Positions 12,699 through 24,722 of a stretch of 64,000 bases of DNA are shown here, piece after piece. Below the pieces are notes generated by a model. It had not been told where the DNA came from, did no database searches, and was given only the letters and a program-made list of their open reading frames with translations. Both the position numbers and the translations under genes were made by a program. The stretch is from Lepidodermella squamata (lineage: Eukaryota; Animalia; Gastrotricha), in the NCBI GenBank assembly GCA_047495785.1, contig JBLDXI010000066.1:186001-250000 (forward strand). The letters are read 5' to 3'. How positions within the stretch are numbered: position 1 is the first letter of the stretch; each line of letters opens with the position of its first letter.

Positions 12699-13518
12699 CG
12701 TTTTGATTTATTGACAATTATTAATCATCATATTAACTCAGAAATATTGATGAAATTGCAATCTTTTCGTCATGTTTACGGAAGTTCTATTGAAAGTCAA
12801 ACCTATATGCTCTTTGGCGCTAAGTAGCCATATTGTCATGTATTGATGATACCTTAATGCGTAAGCTCACCTATCCGAACTGATTTAAATTCTGATTAAT
12901 TTGAATTAATATCTGCTTAACTTGATTCTGATTAAAAAAATAAACTATTTTTTGACGCTTTTGCACTTATTGTTAACGTTATACGCCAACAGTTTGAAAT
13001 GGTTTGTTTTGCTTCAAGAGATCAAATACTAAATAATACCTATATAAAATCAATTGTTAGCATTTGTTTTGTGCATGAACGGTTTTAGTCCATCGGAGTT
13101 TGTTTAGGATTTGTAACTTCAAGGGCTATTTGCCTGTAAAAGATTTCAATCGATTGCTATGACGTGGCTTCATGTGACGGCAGGTGTCGTGAAACAGTTG
13201 TCCAAGGCCTATATCATGGGGATATCATAGGTCCTGGGTCATCATCTTCGACCGAATTTTTGTCATCCTCTTCGATAAATAGACTGCTCGACTCCACAGA
13301 ACTTATGATTCCACCTACTGCCTATCAACTGATCACAGGCATTCATCGTTGATGATTGTTTTTTCACGGTGCATCTTGATTCTTATCTGCATCTTGTTGA
13401 ATGATTTAAAGTGAACATTCAATACCCTCTGATTTCCGCTTTGAGAGATGGAGCACGATTAGATATTAGCAATACTGAAACGGAAATCCGCAAACAAAGG
13501 AAGACGTCTCCCCTTAGC

Positions 13519-15828
13519 ATGTCAGCGTATCTTGTTGAAATGAACGTGATCGCCGTAAAACTCACAGCAGTCATGCTTTTCTATATCGTAAGCATCGTCC
13601 TTATCACAGCTGCGAGCAGCAATACTGAGAGGAAGCCATATACTATGCAAATTCTGGAGTTGTTGCCTAAAACTGGTAACGAGCCTCGAACTGGCGAGGA
13701 TTGTCTATCAGCAACTCAAGTTGCAGTAAACGAAGTCAACAAAAGAGGTGACATTCTACCGGATTATCACCTTGAAATTGTTGATTCAGACGAAGGAACC
13801 GATGGGGCGAAATCTCTTCAAAATATGTTCAACTTCATAGGCTCAAAAAATGTTGGTAGCTATCTCTCACCAGTTATTCTCTCGGGATACTTTAGTCCGG
13901 GTTGTATCACCCTAGGCTCAGTTCTCCATCACCTTTCAATGACTTCATTTTCCATCTCATGCACAAGTGTTTTACTGACAGATCGAAGGCGATTCCCTAA
14001 TATGTACCTCACCAGATTCGTCAACTACAAACTGTCCCAAGGCCAGCTTCAATTCATTCGAAGTGTTGGAAAATGGACGAAAATCGCGATTTTGACCTAC
14101 ATGGCTAACATCAATGAATATACCAGTGCCGAGTATTTGTACCAAAACAGCCTCCTTAAAAACGTTACCGTAGCCTGGTACGATTCATTATTGGATTTTA
14201 GTGATGAAACGCCAATTCGAGCCTTGAAAAATTTTGATGCTCGCGTAATTGCTTTCTGGACATCGCAACTCAATTTAATCCGCCAATTTTTATGCCTAAC
14301 CCACAAATACGGGATAACCGGTAATCGGTATATCTTCATTTTAGCCGGGTCTGCGCTAAGTGATCTAAGCTCCGCCCCTGACGAAATTCTTCCAGGTTGC
14401 AGGAAATCAGTCTTGCTCGAACAGTACAAGTATAGCCTAGTATTTTCAAACCCACAAGTTCCGTTTTCAATGACAAGAAAATCGCATCTTGGATACACTG
14501 CTAAAGAGTTCGAGCAAAAGTTCGATGCGTTGACTAATAATTCGAGAAAAATCGACTACCCATATCGATACCAATGTCATGATGCTGTAATGAATGCTAT
14601 AGTTACTTTGGATGCCGCTGAGAGAGATTTGGCGAAATCAGGCCTCAATTTGACCTTACGGGATTTTTCTGAATTTCCTGAAATTATCGGAAAATTCGTA
14701 AATGACTCAGCTGCTAAGTTGGATTACGAGGGGCTCAGAGTTGGTCGTATAAAGTACAGCGATAAAGGAGTCTTATCGACCGATCTGATCTCAATGGCGT
14801 ACTGGGGAAGTGGGAAGATGGATTACATCGGATTGGTTAGGCAACGTGGCAACTCTAGCGGAGATGATAACGACGATTACTATGTTGAAATGTTCAGACC
14901 AATGCCTTGGCTTACAGAAAAGGGACTCCCTCCTCAGGATAGAGCTGGGAATTCGAGAATCATTAGTATTATTTCTAAATATCACACTTGGATTATAGTT
15001 TCCATCGCTATAGTTGTATCTCTACTTCAGATTTACTCCCGAGCTGTTGTTATATTACGTGGAAAACATGGAAGGAAGGTTTACAAATTCTTCATGACTT
15101 CGGCCAGCTTACTCCTTAATACCGCTGCAATTCTATTCGCTGTCGATTCTGAAAATCCGGTTTGGTCACAAAGTCTTTGGAATGCTAGAATCTCTGCTTA
15201 CTTTATCGGTCTTTCTCTAGCTGTTACTCTTCAATGCGCTCAGGTTACAATTTTAAGAAACGAATACATTGAGATAAAGAAATATGCGAAAAATCTATCA
15301 AGATCTGTTGCGAAGCAAATGATCGAACGATTTAAAGTAAACTTCCGCCAAAACAGAGGCTATCGAGTTCTTCGGACATTCTTCCCTATGTTGGCTATCA
15401 GCAATATAATTTCAACATTATGGCTAAGCATTGATCCAATCAAATGTGACCTCAAGTTTCTTGGTAGTTTCTACGATCAGCCTAGTGATATAATTTACAA
15501 CGAAGAATCAGTCAACTGCACTTCGAGATTAAATGAAATGTGGATAGGATTATGCATTTTCGTCATCGAGTTATTCTACGCTGCTGGGCTGTGGCTAGCT
15601 TTCGATCTTCAGCATCGTGGCGGAAGGCTATACGCATCGGATTTCAATCTCATCGTCCTAGGCATGCTGAACAATTTCATGGTCATCTTAGCTACAGCTT
15701 TTATTCGCTCGTTAATAGCCAAGAAAGCCGCAGGACAATCTGGCGTGTTTTCAATATCTGCGTTGCTTATTTCCTGTGGAACGAGCTTGTCAATAGTTAA
15801 ACCAGCGTTCCGACAAAGAAATTCCTGA
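13519..15828 (+). CDS. Intronless class C GPCR, GABA-B-receptor-like (Venus flytrap/ANF-receptor domain + 7TM)
   Basis: Signal peptide; AVNEVNKRGDILPDYHL; LTDRRRFPN motif; seven hydrophobic segments including LWLSIDP and MWIGL...GLWLAF; no Cys-rich linker; true start may be ATG 13519, 13540 or 13573. Confidence 0.85.
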   Translation: MSAYLVEMNVIAVKLTAVMLFYIVSIVLITAASSNTERKPYTMQILELLPKTGNEPRTGEDCLSATQVAVNEVNKRGDILPDYHLEIVDSDEGTDGAKSLQNMFNFIGSKNVGSYLSPVILSGYFSPGCITLGSVLHHLSMTSFSISCTSVLLTDRRRFPNMYLTRFVNYKLSQGQLQFIRSVGKWTKIAILTYMANINEYTSAEYLYQNSLLKNVTVAWYDSLLDFSDETPIRALKNFDARVIAFWTSQLNLIRQFLCLTHKYGITGNRYIFILAGSALSDLSSAPDEILPGCRKSVLLEQYKYSLVFSNPQVPFSMTRKSHLGYTAKEFEQKFDALTNNSRKIDYPYRYQCHDAVMNAIVTLDAAERDLAKSGLNLTLRDFSEFPEIIGKFVNDSAAKLDYEGLRVGRIKYSDKGVLSTDLISMAYWGSGKMDYIGLVRQRGNSSGDDNDDYYVEMFRPMPWLTEKGLPPQDRAGNSRIISIISKYHTWIIVSIAIVVSLLQIYSRAVVILRGKHGRKVYKFFMTSASLLLNTAAILFAVDSENPVWSQSLWNARISAYFIGLSLAVTLQCAQVTILRNEYIEIKKYAKNLSRSVAKQMIERFKVNFRQNRGYRVLRTFFPMLAISNIISTLWLSIDPIKCDLKFLGSFYDQPSDIIYNEESVNCTSRLNEMWIGLCIFVIELFYAAGLWLAFDLQHRGGRLYASDFNLIVLGMLNNFMVILATAFIRSLIAKKAAGQSGVFSISALLISCGTSLSIVKPAFRQRNS

Positions 15829-16698
15829 AAATAGAACTATAGAAAACATAGGGTGCAGTAAGTATTGATTTTCGACATTCAATGCTGTAGAATATCAAAT
15901 TCTTGAATAAAAAGCTATGTATCATCTCGATCCTGACAGTGAGGCGAGCTACGCTTCTGGCTTCTCACAGCCCCCAGGTAGTGAAGAATAATAGCTCAGA
16001 GACCATCTTTTTGTTCTCTCAACAATGAAAATCCGCATGCGTAGCCCGTGTAAAGCAAATGAATGGCAATGCATAGCTAGAGTGTTAAGTCGAATACCCA
16101 GAATCGAAATCTGCATGCCGAGATCCGAGATCGATGGGAACATCATCGCAAAGCAGGTATAGTTACTTTGAGATCACCTTTCAAGTCAGACACAGTACAC
16201 TTGAGTGATTAATCATTTAAAAATGTATTAATTCGGTCGAAATTTCTGAATTATATCACTCACATCGTGTCATCAAAATTAACACACACAATTGAAGCGG
16301 AAATGATTGCCACTGTCGGCCTGCGGCCTTTGGCAGTTGACGGGGAACTCCTGCCAAACGGGTGACTCTGCCAAGAACGTGGGCACCTGTGACAATGAAA
16401 TTGGTACAGTGCTCCCTCGATAACTGCACGGGTTCGGGGTCCAGACCCGTGATATTATCGAGGGGAACGACGGATTGGAACACGACCCACGACACACGAC
16501 AACTGAAGTCCCTCGTCATTCCTTGGCATGAAAAAGATTTTATTTTACGACCTTTTGCCTCTCGGCACTCGCGGCGCGAATGCAATGCGAAACTTTTTAG
16601 CGGCCCTTCATACCGCTCATATCAGAAGAATGTTTGATAGCGAAGAATAGCCATCTGAATTTTTTACATTTTATTCTACGTAGAACTTTTATTTGCCG

Positions 16699-17045
16699 GT
16701 GATTTTCCACCGACATCGTGGCCATACACAAACCGATGATGCAATCGATCGTGCCTTTTGACTGTTTTTCATTCATCTTCTGTATTTCCAACTCGCGTGT
16801 ATTAGGTGGCGGAAAAATCAGAAAATGCCTGAACAACAATTGAGGGGCACGAGCGATTGCTTCATCGGTTTGTGTATGGCCACGATGTCGGTGGAAAATT
16901 ACTGAGAATTAAAGAAAGAACGATGGTTTTCATCGAAAAACAGAATGAAAAACAGTCAAAAGGCACGAGCGATTGCATCATCGGTTTGTGTTTGGCCACT
17001 ATGTCGGTGGAAAATTACTGAAAATTAAAGAAAGAACGATGGTTG
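16699..17045. repeat. Inverted plus tandem copies of a ~75-116 bp unit
   Basis: GGCACGA(T/G)CGATTGC(A/T)TCATCGGTTTGTGT(A/T)TGGCCAC(G/T)ATGTCGGTGGAAAAT occurs once on the minus strand (~16700-16775) and twice on the plus strand (~16846, ~16962). Confidence 0.85.
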
Positions 17046-18706
17046 TCATTCATTTGATTTTCTTTATTATTTAATTTCCTAATATTTAACCTATCTGTGA
17101 TGTGAGGTTTATTTTCTTTTGATATGATGCTATTTTTCAACGCAACAGACCTTGCGTCTGGGCAGTAGTTGACCAGAGGATAGATGCATCCTAAACCTCA
17201 TTACTATATTAGGAGACAAATTAGTTTATTAGTGAAAATCTTCACTTTAGAGCAGCGGTACACAGATAGGCTTGCGGGTCATAACTTGGATTTACGTAAA
17301 AATGTTGTTTTTCTTATTTTCTCTTTCGCCAGTAATTAGAATAAAATTAGCCAATAAAAAATTGGAAAGAGTGGCTCCAGTTACATCTGCGAGCGAATCG
17401 AGCTTCAGCTAACAGTATTTTACCGTAATTTTGGCTGAAAATAGCCTAAAATATGCTGATTTTTGCGTCATCACCATGTATCCCCCGCAGGTCACGGGCT
17501 GACCCGCTCACCCTGCTGTCAGACTTTGAGCACTCCTGTTTTAGAGTAATTGACGTAGGGTAATTTGGTTTTCACAGTTGGCTTTGATATAAATAGCGTT
17601 GCCATCGGTTTTATAGTTTCTTCTGATGGAAGGCTTAGGTCGATTTCCAAGGGTTTCCAAAGTTCCTAAGTTAGGGCCCTAGCCCTTCACCTGTAACAAT
17701 TTTCAAGCAGAAATGGCTACGTTTTCGCAGCCCGGCTTTTTGTTTTTGTTTTTAAAAACTGAAAACTATTCTGTTGCAATTTCCTTCATGTTTCCTAGTT
17801 TCTTTACGTTGTTAATCCGTTTATTAATTCTAGTAATGAACACTTTTTGCAGATGATTCCGAGATTTAAAAAAACGCTAAATCAGCAATAAATCACGGGG
17901 GCTAAATCAAAATCAAATCAAATCATTGCATAATTTTTCAAATCAAATAATCAAAAAATGGCCTAAATCTAATCAAATCAAAGTCTCTGGCAATAGCTTA
18001 ATTGGTTGCATTTTCAAGGTTCTGAAGAGCAGGTCGCTTCGCTTAAAAACTTACGTTTTGTCATCGCTTCATAATGCATCTTCTTCTACAGTCCTTATAT
18101 GCTTTAACTCATTCCCAGTCCGACACGAGCAGCCAGTACTGCTCGTACTGGACTGGGTTGAAGGTCTTGAATCTATACAACGTAAAGTTTTTGCTGAAAT
18201 TATTTAACTACGATAATTATCCGATTATAATATTTCACTGAAAAATTCGACTTGAGTTTACAGAAACGCCGTTATATCAGATTTATCATATTCACTTTCT
18301 AGTTGTATCTTGTTGCATAATTTTGTTGATACCAGATTTTCTTATTTATTTTCATTATCTAATAACAAGTTTGCTTCTATTCATCGTATTCGACCAACGA
18401 TAGGAGAGTTGTTAATGTTTGGAATAGTTTTAATATCGAACATGTAAATTGCAGCTTAAGTTCGTTTAAAAAATTATCGAGTCTGTTAATTTTGAAAAGT
18501 ACCTTATTTCGTCAGTTCAGAGCCATTTCGAAATAAATAAGTAAATGGTAAGAAATAAGCTCGAATAAGATTATAAAATATGTATGAGATTTGATCCGAG
18601 ATCGCCATGAGAGAACTTGGTGGTAAAACTGTGCCAGCCACCTCCTCATTCCATGCTTTTCCCGAAAGTTTCTGATTCAATTTTCTAAAGATTAGATCAA
18701 TAACAG

Positions 18707-21700
18707 ATGCGGCCGAATTTTTCAACTTTTTTATATTTCGCGGTGATCTTATCCTTCTTGCCGATCATCAGCTCGCAGCAAACATACAAACGCTGCTTCA
18801 ATCGAACAACTGACCTTTTCGTAGGTTGTAAACCCAGCTGCGCCTCTATCAACACAGTTCAAGTAAATTGAAGTTGCAATAGGACATTCCTTAAAACACA
18901 TTTTTCGCCCAATCAATTGCAGCTCGGGAATGCTTTTGCGACTGAAGCGTTGTGCAAACAAGGGGTGCGATTTTTATATCCGATAATCGCTAGCTATTCT
19001 ATTTTTCTATATAGAACGCTCGAAGCTGTTTCAATTTCAAACAAATCAGCATGAGGTGCATCCCCGGGAACATTCGCTGCTCAGCTGACGAAGTTCTGGT
19101 AGCGTTTCGATACACTAACTCAAAATACGTCGATAAACTCCATAACCTTTTTTGTCAGGTAAACGAGTACATTGGCAAACAGTTTAGTAACCAGTACTCC
19201 CTATGCAGGAAAGATATCGCTGGATTCATGGTTTGTTTCTTTGATGCGCACAATTTTATTTATTGTATATATTTTATTTTTGCAGGGTAAACGAGCTAAT
19301 CTATGCAGTGGCAATGGCCAATACTGCATACCGTTCAATGGACAGTGCCCATTCAGAGGGGTGAGTACACATTGGGCGTGATTGTCCATCTTTCTTATAC
19401 ATGTACATTTCTTACACAAAAAATTCAGAAAAAAAATTCAGTTCCGAATCTTGCCCACTGTACCACGCTCAGAGGCAGACACCAAAAAATATTCCTTATT
19501 AAAACCGTTCAGAAAAGTGGTAGGGGATATTTTAAGACCTTTAAGACCTTATGTAACTGGCCAGGTTTAGGGATTTCTTGAATTAAAAACTCGAAGTGCA
19601 CTTTCATACATATTTATGTATGACAAAATTAACTTTCATACATATTTTTTTTCATAAAATCGTGTTTTTCAGCCAAACTGTGATTAGGAATTGGGGTTAG
19701 GGGTTAGGGTTAGGTGCCAGGGTTCTGATTCGGGTTAGGGTTAGATTTAGGGTTTGGTTGGGGTTCAGGATTAAGGTTAGGGTTAGGAAATTTCGAGTTT
19801 CGGGTTTCTACGAAGCTCGATTTTTGGGCCCTTGTGCTTCCCCAATAACCATTTTCATGCGGAAAAAATTGGCTACGCTTTCGGAACCCCGTTTTTCTTT
19901 TTCATGAACCGAAAACTAGTCATCTGACATTTCCCTAATGTTTTCAGCTTGAATTTAATGAAAAAAAATATGTATGAAAGTTAATTTTGTCATACATAAA
20001 TATGTATGAAAGTTAAAAATTTCATACATATTTATGTATGAAAGTTGGCACCCCTAAAAATTCGCAACTTTTGTGCTTTTTATCGAAAATCCTATCCTCT
20101 CAAACCAAGAGTTCCCATTTTCATTAGACCCATTATCAATGATCTGGAATCCGGAATCTGTCCGTAAGAAAGTTAGAAGAACACCTAAAATTCATTCCTA
20201 TTTAGAGAAAAAACAGCTTTGAGATGCTCATTTTTCGCATTTTCAGAGGCAAATTGCCGAAAAATCGGCTCGCTTCGATCGCCGTAGAAAAGTTCTTTCA
20301 GTTTTCCTTCAAAATTAAACGAAATTTTGGAATGTTGTCACCTTGCCCCGAGAAACCTTTCTCATTTAAAACTTGAAAAATGTATGCTTATTCAAAAATA
20401 ATTGTAATTGCAGTGAAAGATGAAATGAATTGATAGCTAATGATAAATCGAGCGAAGCGAGCGAATTTTTAATAAATCAACAAAAATTAGAGTCTGACTT
20501 TTTCATCCGACCAATGTCTTATTTCATCCAACAACCAAAAATGTGTCTCAAATCATCCGACATGAAAATATTGATTTTCTTGATTTACTCGAGTTCGATT
20601 TTTCCTTAGGGGCATACCCCTTTAATGCACCCTATTTCGGCCCCTGAACCCAAAGAATTTTATGGTGAAAGACTGATGGCGATCTGAATGGTCAATTTTT
20701 TACTGTAATTTTTTGAAAATATGAAAAAGCAAGTCGGCAGGTTTTAGTCACATTTTTCGGTCGGATAAAAGAAGACATTGGTCAGATGAAAAAAGTTTTT
20801 CTCAAAAATTATGCCTCTATGATCGACTGATAAGTCTCTTAATTGCAAAGCTTAATTTCAACCATCGATTCTCCGCAATTAAAGGTCGCATCAGAGGGAA
20901 CCAAATGACATCATCTGATAGATCTCTTCCAATTATTATTTTTTTCCAAAATTTTAATAATCGAAGAAGTTGTCAAAATTGGGGAAAGAATTTTTTTCAT
21001 TCGGAAATAAACTGTGAAATCTGATTCCAAAAATTAAATTGAAGGCCTTTTTCAGGAAAAAGTAAATTCTTCGCCTCAGAAGCTACCTTTTGATAATTGG
21101 AGCCAACTTGGATGATTTTTCCCTGTTTTTTGCGATTTTCGAAACCTCAACAATGAATGACCCTGCTCTGAAATTCTTCCAACTGCGCCATGTGTGTTCG
21201 TCACACGTGCTTTGATCAAAGGTTCAGGACTGAAGCCTCTAACCAGTCGATGGTTGTTACTTTTTTTTACCGACAGAATTATTGGAAATTTCTAGAAAAA
21301 CAGGAAAAGATCACCCAAGTTCGCTCCAAGCAACATAGGGTAGCTTGATGTGAAGAATCTACTTTCCTGAAAAAGTCCTTCAATTCAACTTTCTTCCAGG
21401 CAATTGTCATGATTTTTTCCGAATGTGAAAACTGTTATCCTAATTTTTCACCACTTCTTTCATTATTAAATTTGTAAAAAAAATATTCCGATACAAATAA
21501 ATCAGCAGACCATCTGGCGCCGATGGCGTTCCACCCCTTATCTCAAGAGTAGACAGTCTATACTGATATTATGTCTATGGTCAATACGGACCTGCGCTCC
21601 TCACTTTTCAATTCGACTAATTCCTCAAAGTTACCTAGTAAAATTTTTAAAATTTCCAAAATTCCGAATCAATAAAACATCGCGCGTAGTTGGCTTTTCA

Positions 21701-24266
21701 AGCATCTGACACAAACTTAGTAAGGATCAACAAAATGATCTATTATGAAGTATTTTTCATCAATATGAAAGTTGGGGCAGAATTTCGGAAGAAAAAGCTT
21801 ATTATCGGTGTCGAATCAGGCATCATCCCCCTCATTGTTCCCATTTCTCAAATGTTTCCGAAATGGACATTTGTTTATTGACGTTTAGACCCATCTTCAA
21901 ATATATATTTTGGCTTTTTCCACAGAGAGTAAAAAGCGTAGTTGGTTCGATGCAAGATTGTTTGAAATCGCTGTCTAGTGAGTGGCGTTACTATTTCATT
22001 TTTCCCAATTTTCTAGTCCTCTATTTCTACGCATTAGTTGTGAGAAACGTGAACGATTTGAAGCCGCACAAACGCTGCTTCCTGACTAGCGATCGATCTT
22101 TTCTCGGCTGTCAAATTCCAGTGTGCAACAGCACTTTTGCTACTCAGGTTAATTCAGAAGTTATTTAACTTATTAATATGAGACTTTGAAATTTCTAGGA
22201 ATTCAGCCTCGGCGATTTACCGGATAAGGCCCGTTGTACACTTGGCGTGAGTCACTTTTTATTAATTTTGGCAGTACATTTTTTATGAAATATCACAGTC
22301 TGCAGCGCTGTGCTCTTCGGCATCCGGCAAAACGTGCCGAGGTTCATCATGCAACCAATACAGCCAAACGCTGGTATGTAGATGATGATACCCAGCAGCA
22401 TGAGAGAAATTTCATTCATAATATTTGAATATATGTATTTTTTATTCCTGGTTAAACTTTATTATATTCCATTTATTTTCTAATTGAATTATCCAGGTTG
22501 CCACGTTTACGGCAAAGCCCGATTTCGCTGGAAATTATGCTGATTGTTTAGCTTCTATGGTAAATATTTTTTCAATTACGGGCCCATATTCGTTTCGTCC
22601 GAACCCCAAGCGCCAGGGGCACAATTGGAACCAAGGTTTGTTATTCAAGTGTAGCCGTATGGCACCAGCGAACGCGGTCAACATTTGTTTCAAATTGTCG
22701 GCTCAGCGTTTGCACACAGGTCCAATTCTAGCCTTTGCGCAACAGACGTTTGGGGGATGGAAGTAGCTGATATGGGCCAGAAATTGAGCTAAAGATGTGC
22801 GAATACTAAATATGCTATTCCAATTCGCTCAGCCTCATACGCAGTGCGCGGATCGGACTTCGTTAGCATTCCTCAAATGCCAGCCCACAGGGACATTTTG
22901 CCCAACTGGAACAATCAGCGGGAACAACTTCAATAATTTGAAGGATTGCTTAGCTCGTGAGTGAACTTGAATGTTTATTTTTCGTAGATAGAAACATTAA
23001 AAACCTAAAGTTTGCTTGTATCGTGGGCATGCAGCACTCTATAAAATAATATGATTGAATCTATTCTAGTTTCATGCAGTCAAAAGTGCGAGAACGGCGG
23101 AATTTGCGTGGCTAATAACAGCTGCTCGTGTCAATCGAACTGGCAGGGGTCGAATTGCACAAAGCGTAAGTCAGTCGATAGTTCCTAAATTCTTAAACAC
23201 TATTGATGAATAGCAAAATGTACGGATGAGCCATGCTCTGTAAACGCGGAGTGCGTCGCCGCTGGGAGATCCTGTTCCTGCAAGGATGGCTGGCAAGGAG
23301 AGGGCTGCATGCAACGTAGGCATATTGATCTTACCTTATCCCTTATCACATAAGTTTTCATGCATCACTGCCACCGTTTTCTGTTGTTTTCCGGCTACTT
23401 TAGAAATATCCAACTGCTCGGACTGTACGGGAGAGAACCAGGAGTGCCGGGCCCCAAATACATGTGTATGCAAGGATGGCTGGCAAGGAGAGGGTTGCTG
23501 GGAAGGTAGGTTGACTGAGCTATCACTGTCACTAATCGTATTGGGCTACGCCTGAAGCAGTCGCCTGCAGTGACTGCGCAGGAGAAAACCAGATGTGCGT
23601 AGGGCCTAATCAATGCGAGTGCAAGCGTGGCTGGAAAGGAAATGATTGCACAGAACGTAAGCTGATTGAACTATCACTGTCACTTCATTAATTCATGTAA
23701 CGCTTTGAACAGCCGATTGCAGATACTGCCCAGAAAATGGGGAATGCGTAGAGCCCGATAAATGCATCTGCAAGGAAGGCTGGAGAGGAAGAGATTGCAC
23801 AGAACGTAAGCTGATTGAGCTACCACTGTATTTAATTAATTCATGTTACGCTTTGAACAGCCGAATGCAGAAGCTGCTCAGCAAACGGGGAATGCATAGG
23901 GCCCAATCAATGCAAGTGCAAGAGTGGCTGGACAGGAAGAGATTGCACAGAACGTAAGCTGATTGAGCTATAACTGTATTCTATAAATTCATGTTACGCT
24001 TTGAACAGCCGAATGCAGAGGCTGCTCAAACGGGGAATGCATAGGGCCCAATCAATGCAAGTGCAAGGAAGGCTGGAACGGAGAAGATTGCAAAGAACGT
24101 AAGCTGATTGAGCCATCGCTGTATTTCATTAATTCTTGTTGCGCTTGAAACAGCCATCTGCTCGGACTGTACGGGAGAGAACCAGGAGTGCCGGGCCCCA
24201 AATACATGTGTGTGCAAGTATGGCTGGGAAGGAGAGGGTTGCGCTGTGAAGAGTTCGTACCATTAA
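18707..24266 (+). CDS. Array paralog 3 (divergent): secreted 6x(4-Cys repeat) + 8 EGF-like exons, no AbfB module
   Basis: ATG 18707 MRPNFSTFLYFAVILSFLPIISSQQ; N-terminal exons collinear with the family; eight phase-1 exons between 23070 and 24266 of type C..C..N.EC..PN.C.CK.GW.G.DC; 3' end could extend by one more splice. Confidence 0.8.
19592..20053. mobile_element. MULE-like non-autonomous element with internal degenerate TTAGGG repeats (copy A)
   Basis: Subterminal inverted arrays of CTTTCATACATATTTATGTATGA; GGGTTAGGG tract at ~19693-19787; imperfect 9-bp flanking repeat TTAAAAACT/CTAAAAATT; closely similar inverted copy at 46795-47289. Confidence 0.75.
20490..20800. mobile_element. Small inverted-repeat (MITE-like) element
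   Basis: ~50-bp inverted repeat ACTTTTTCATC(C/T)GACCAATGTCTT... at both ends; TSD not resolved. Confidence 0.55.
20905..21520. mobile_element. Degenerate foldback element
   Basis: Long imperfect palindrome, e.g. TTGGAGCCAACTTGGATGATTTTTCCCTGTTTT (~21097) pairs with AAAACAGGAAAAGATCACCCAAGTTCGCTCCAA (~21297). Confidence 0.6.
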
Positions 24267-24722
24267 CCATTTTTGGAGTAGCACAAGCAGACTGCTAACA
24301 GACTGACCAACCAACAAATCGCATGAGCAAAGCTCTTTTCAGAAATTTCACCATTTTTCTTTAGGCCTTTCATGGTCATTGGGACGCTGTATTGGGTTCA
24401 CAATTCCCAATTCCAATGATAGGCGACACGTGATAATGCTATTTTTATGAAGTATTAAAACATTGCGATTCACTCCTCTTCTCTTTGAGTTGGTTAACGT
24501 TTAATAAAGATTCAATAAATAACTAAGAAATCACGAGAAACGTTATTTTTTATCAGATAAGATGAGAAGTTATTTTGTCGAGAGCTATTTCTTGGGCGTT
24601 ATCTGCATGATAAACTGCTTGAAGTGATTCTCCATGTCATCGGCTGACATCTGCCTCTGCAGGCGCTCCAGGATACCAGCGGCTGGCTCCATGACCGTAG
24701 GCCGTAGTGCGAGCAATGCAAA

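Noticed and set aside
13411-13518. N-terminal extension of the 805-aa GPCR ORF from a GTG start
   Set aside because: Eukaryotic gene; the signal peptide and alignment with GPCR-B point to a downstream ATG
23560-24150. Regularly spaced ~150-bp repeats that could suggest a CRISPR-like array
   Set aside because: The units are EGF exons plus GT-AG introns in a eukaryotic gene; no cas genes
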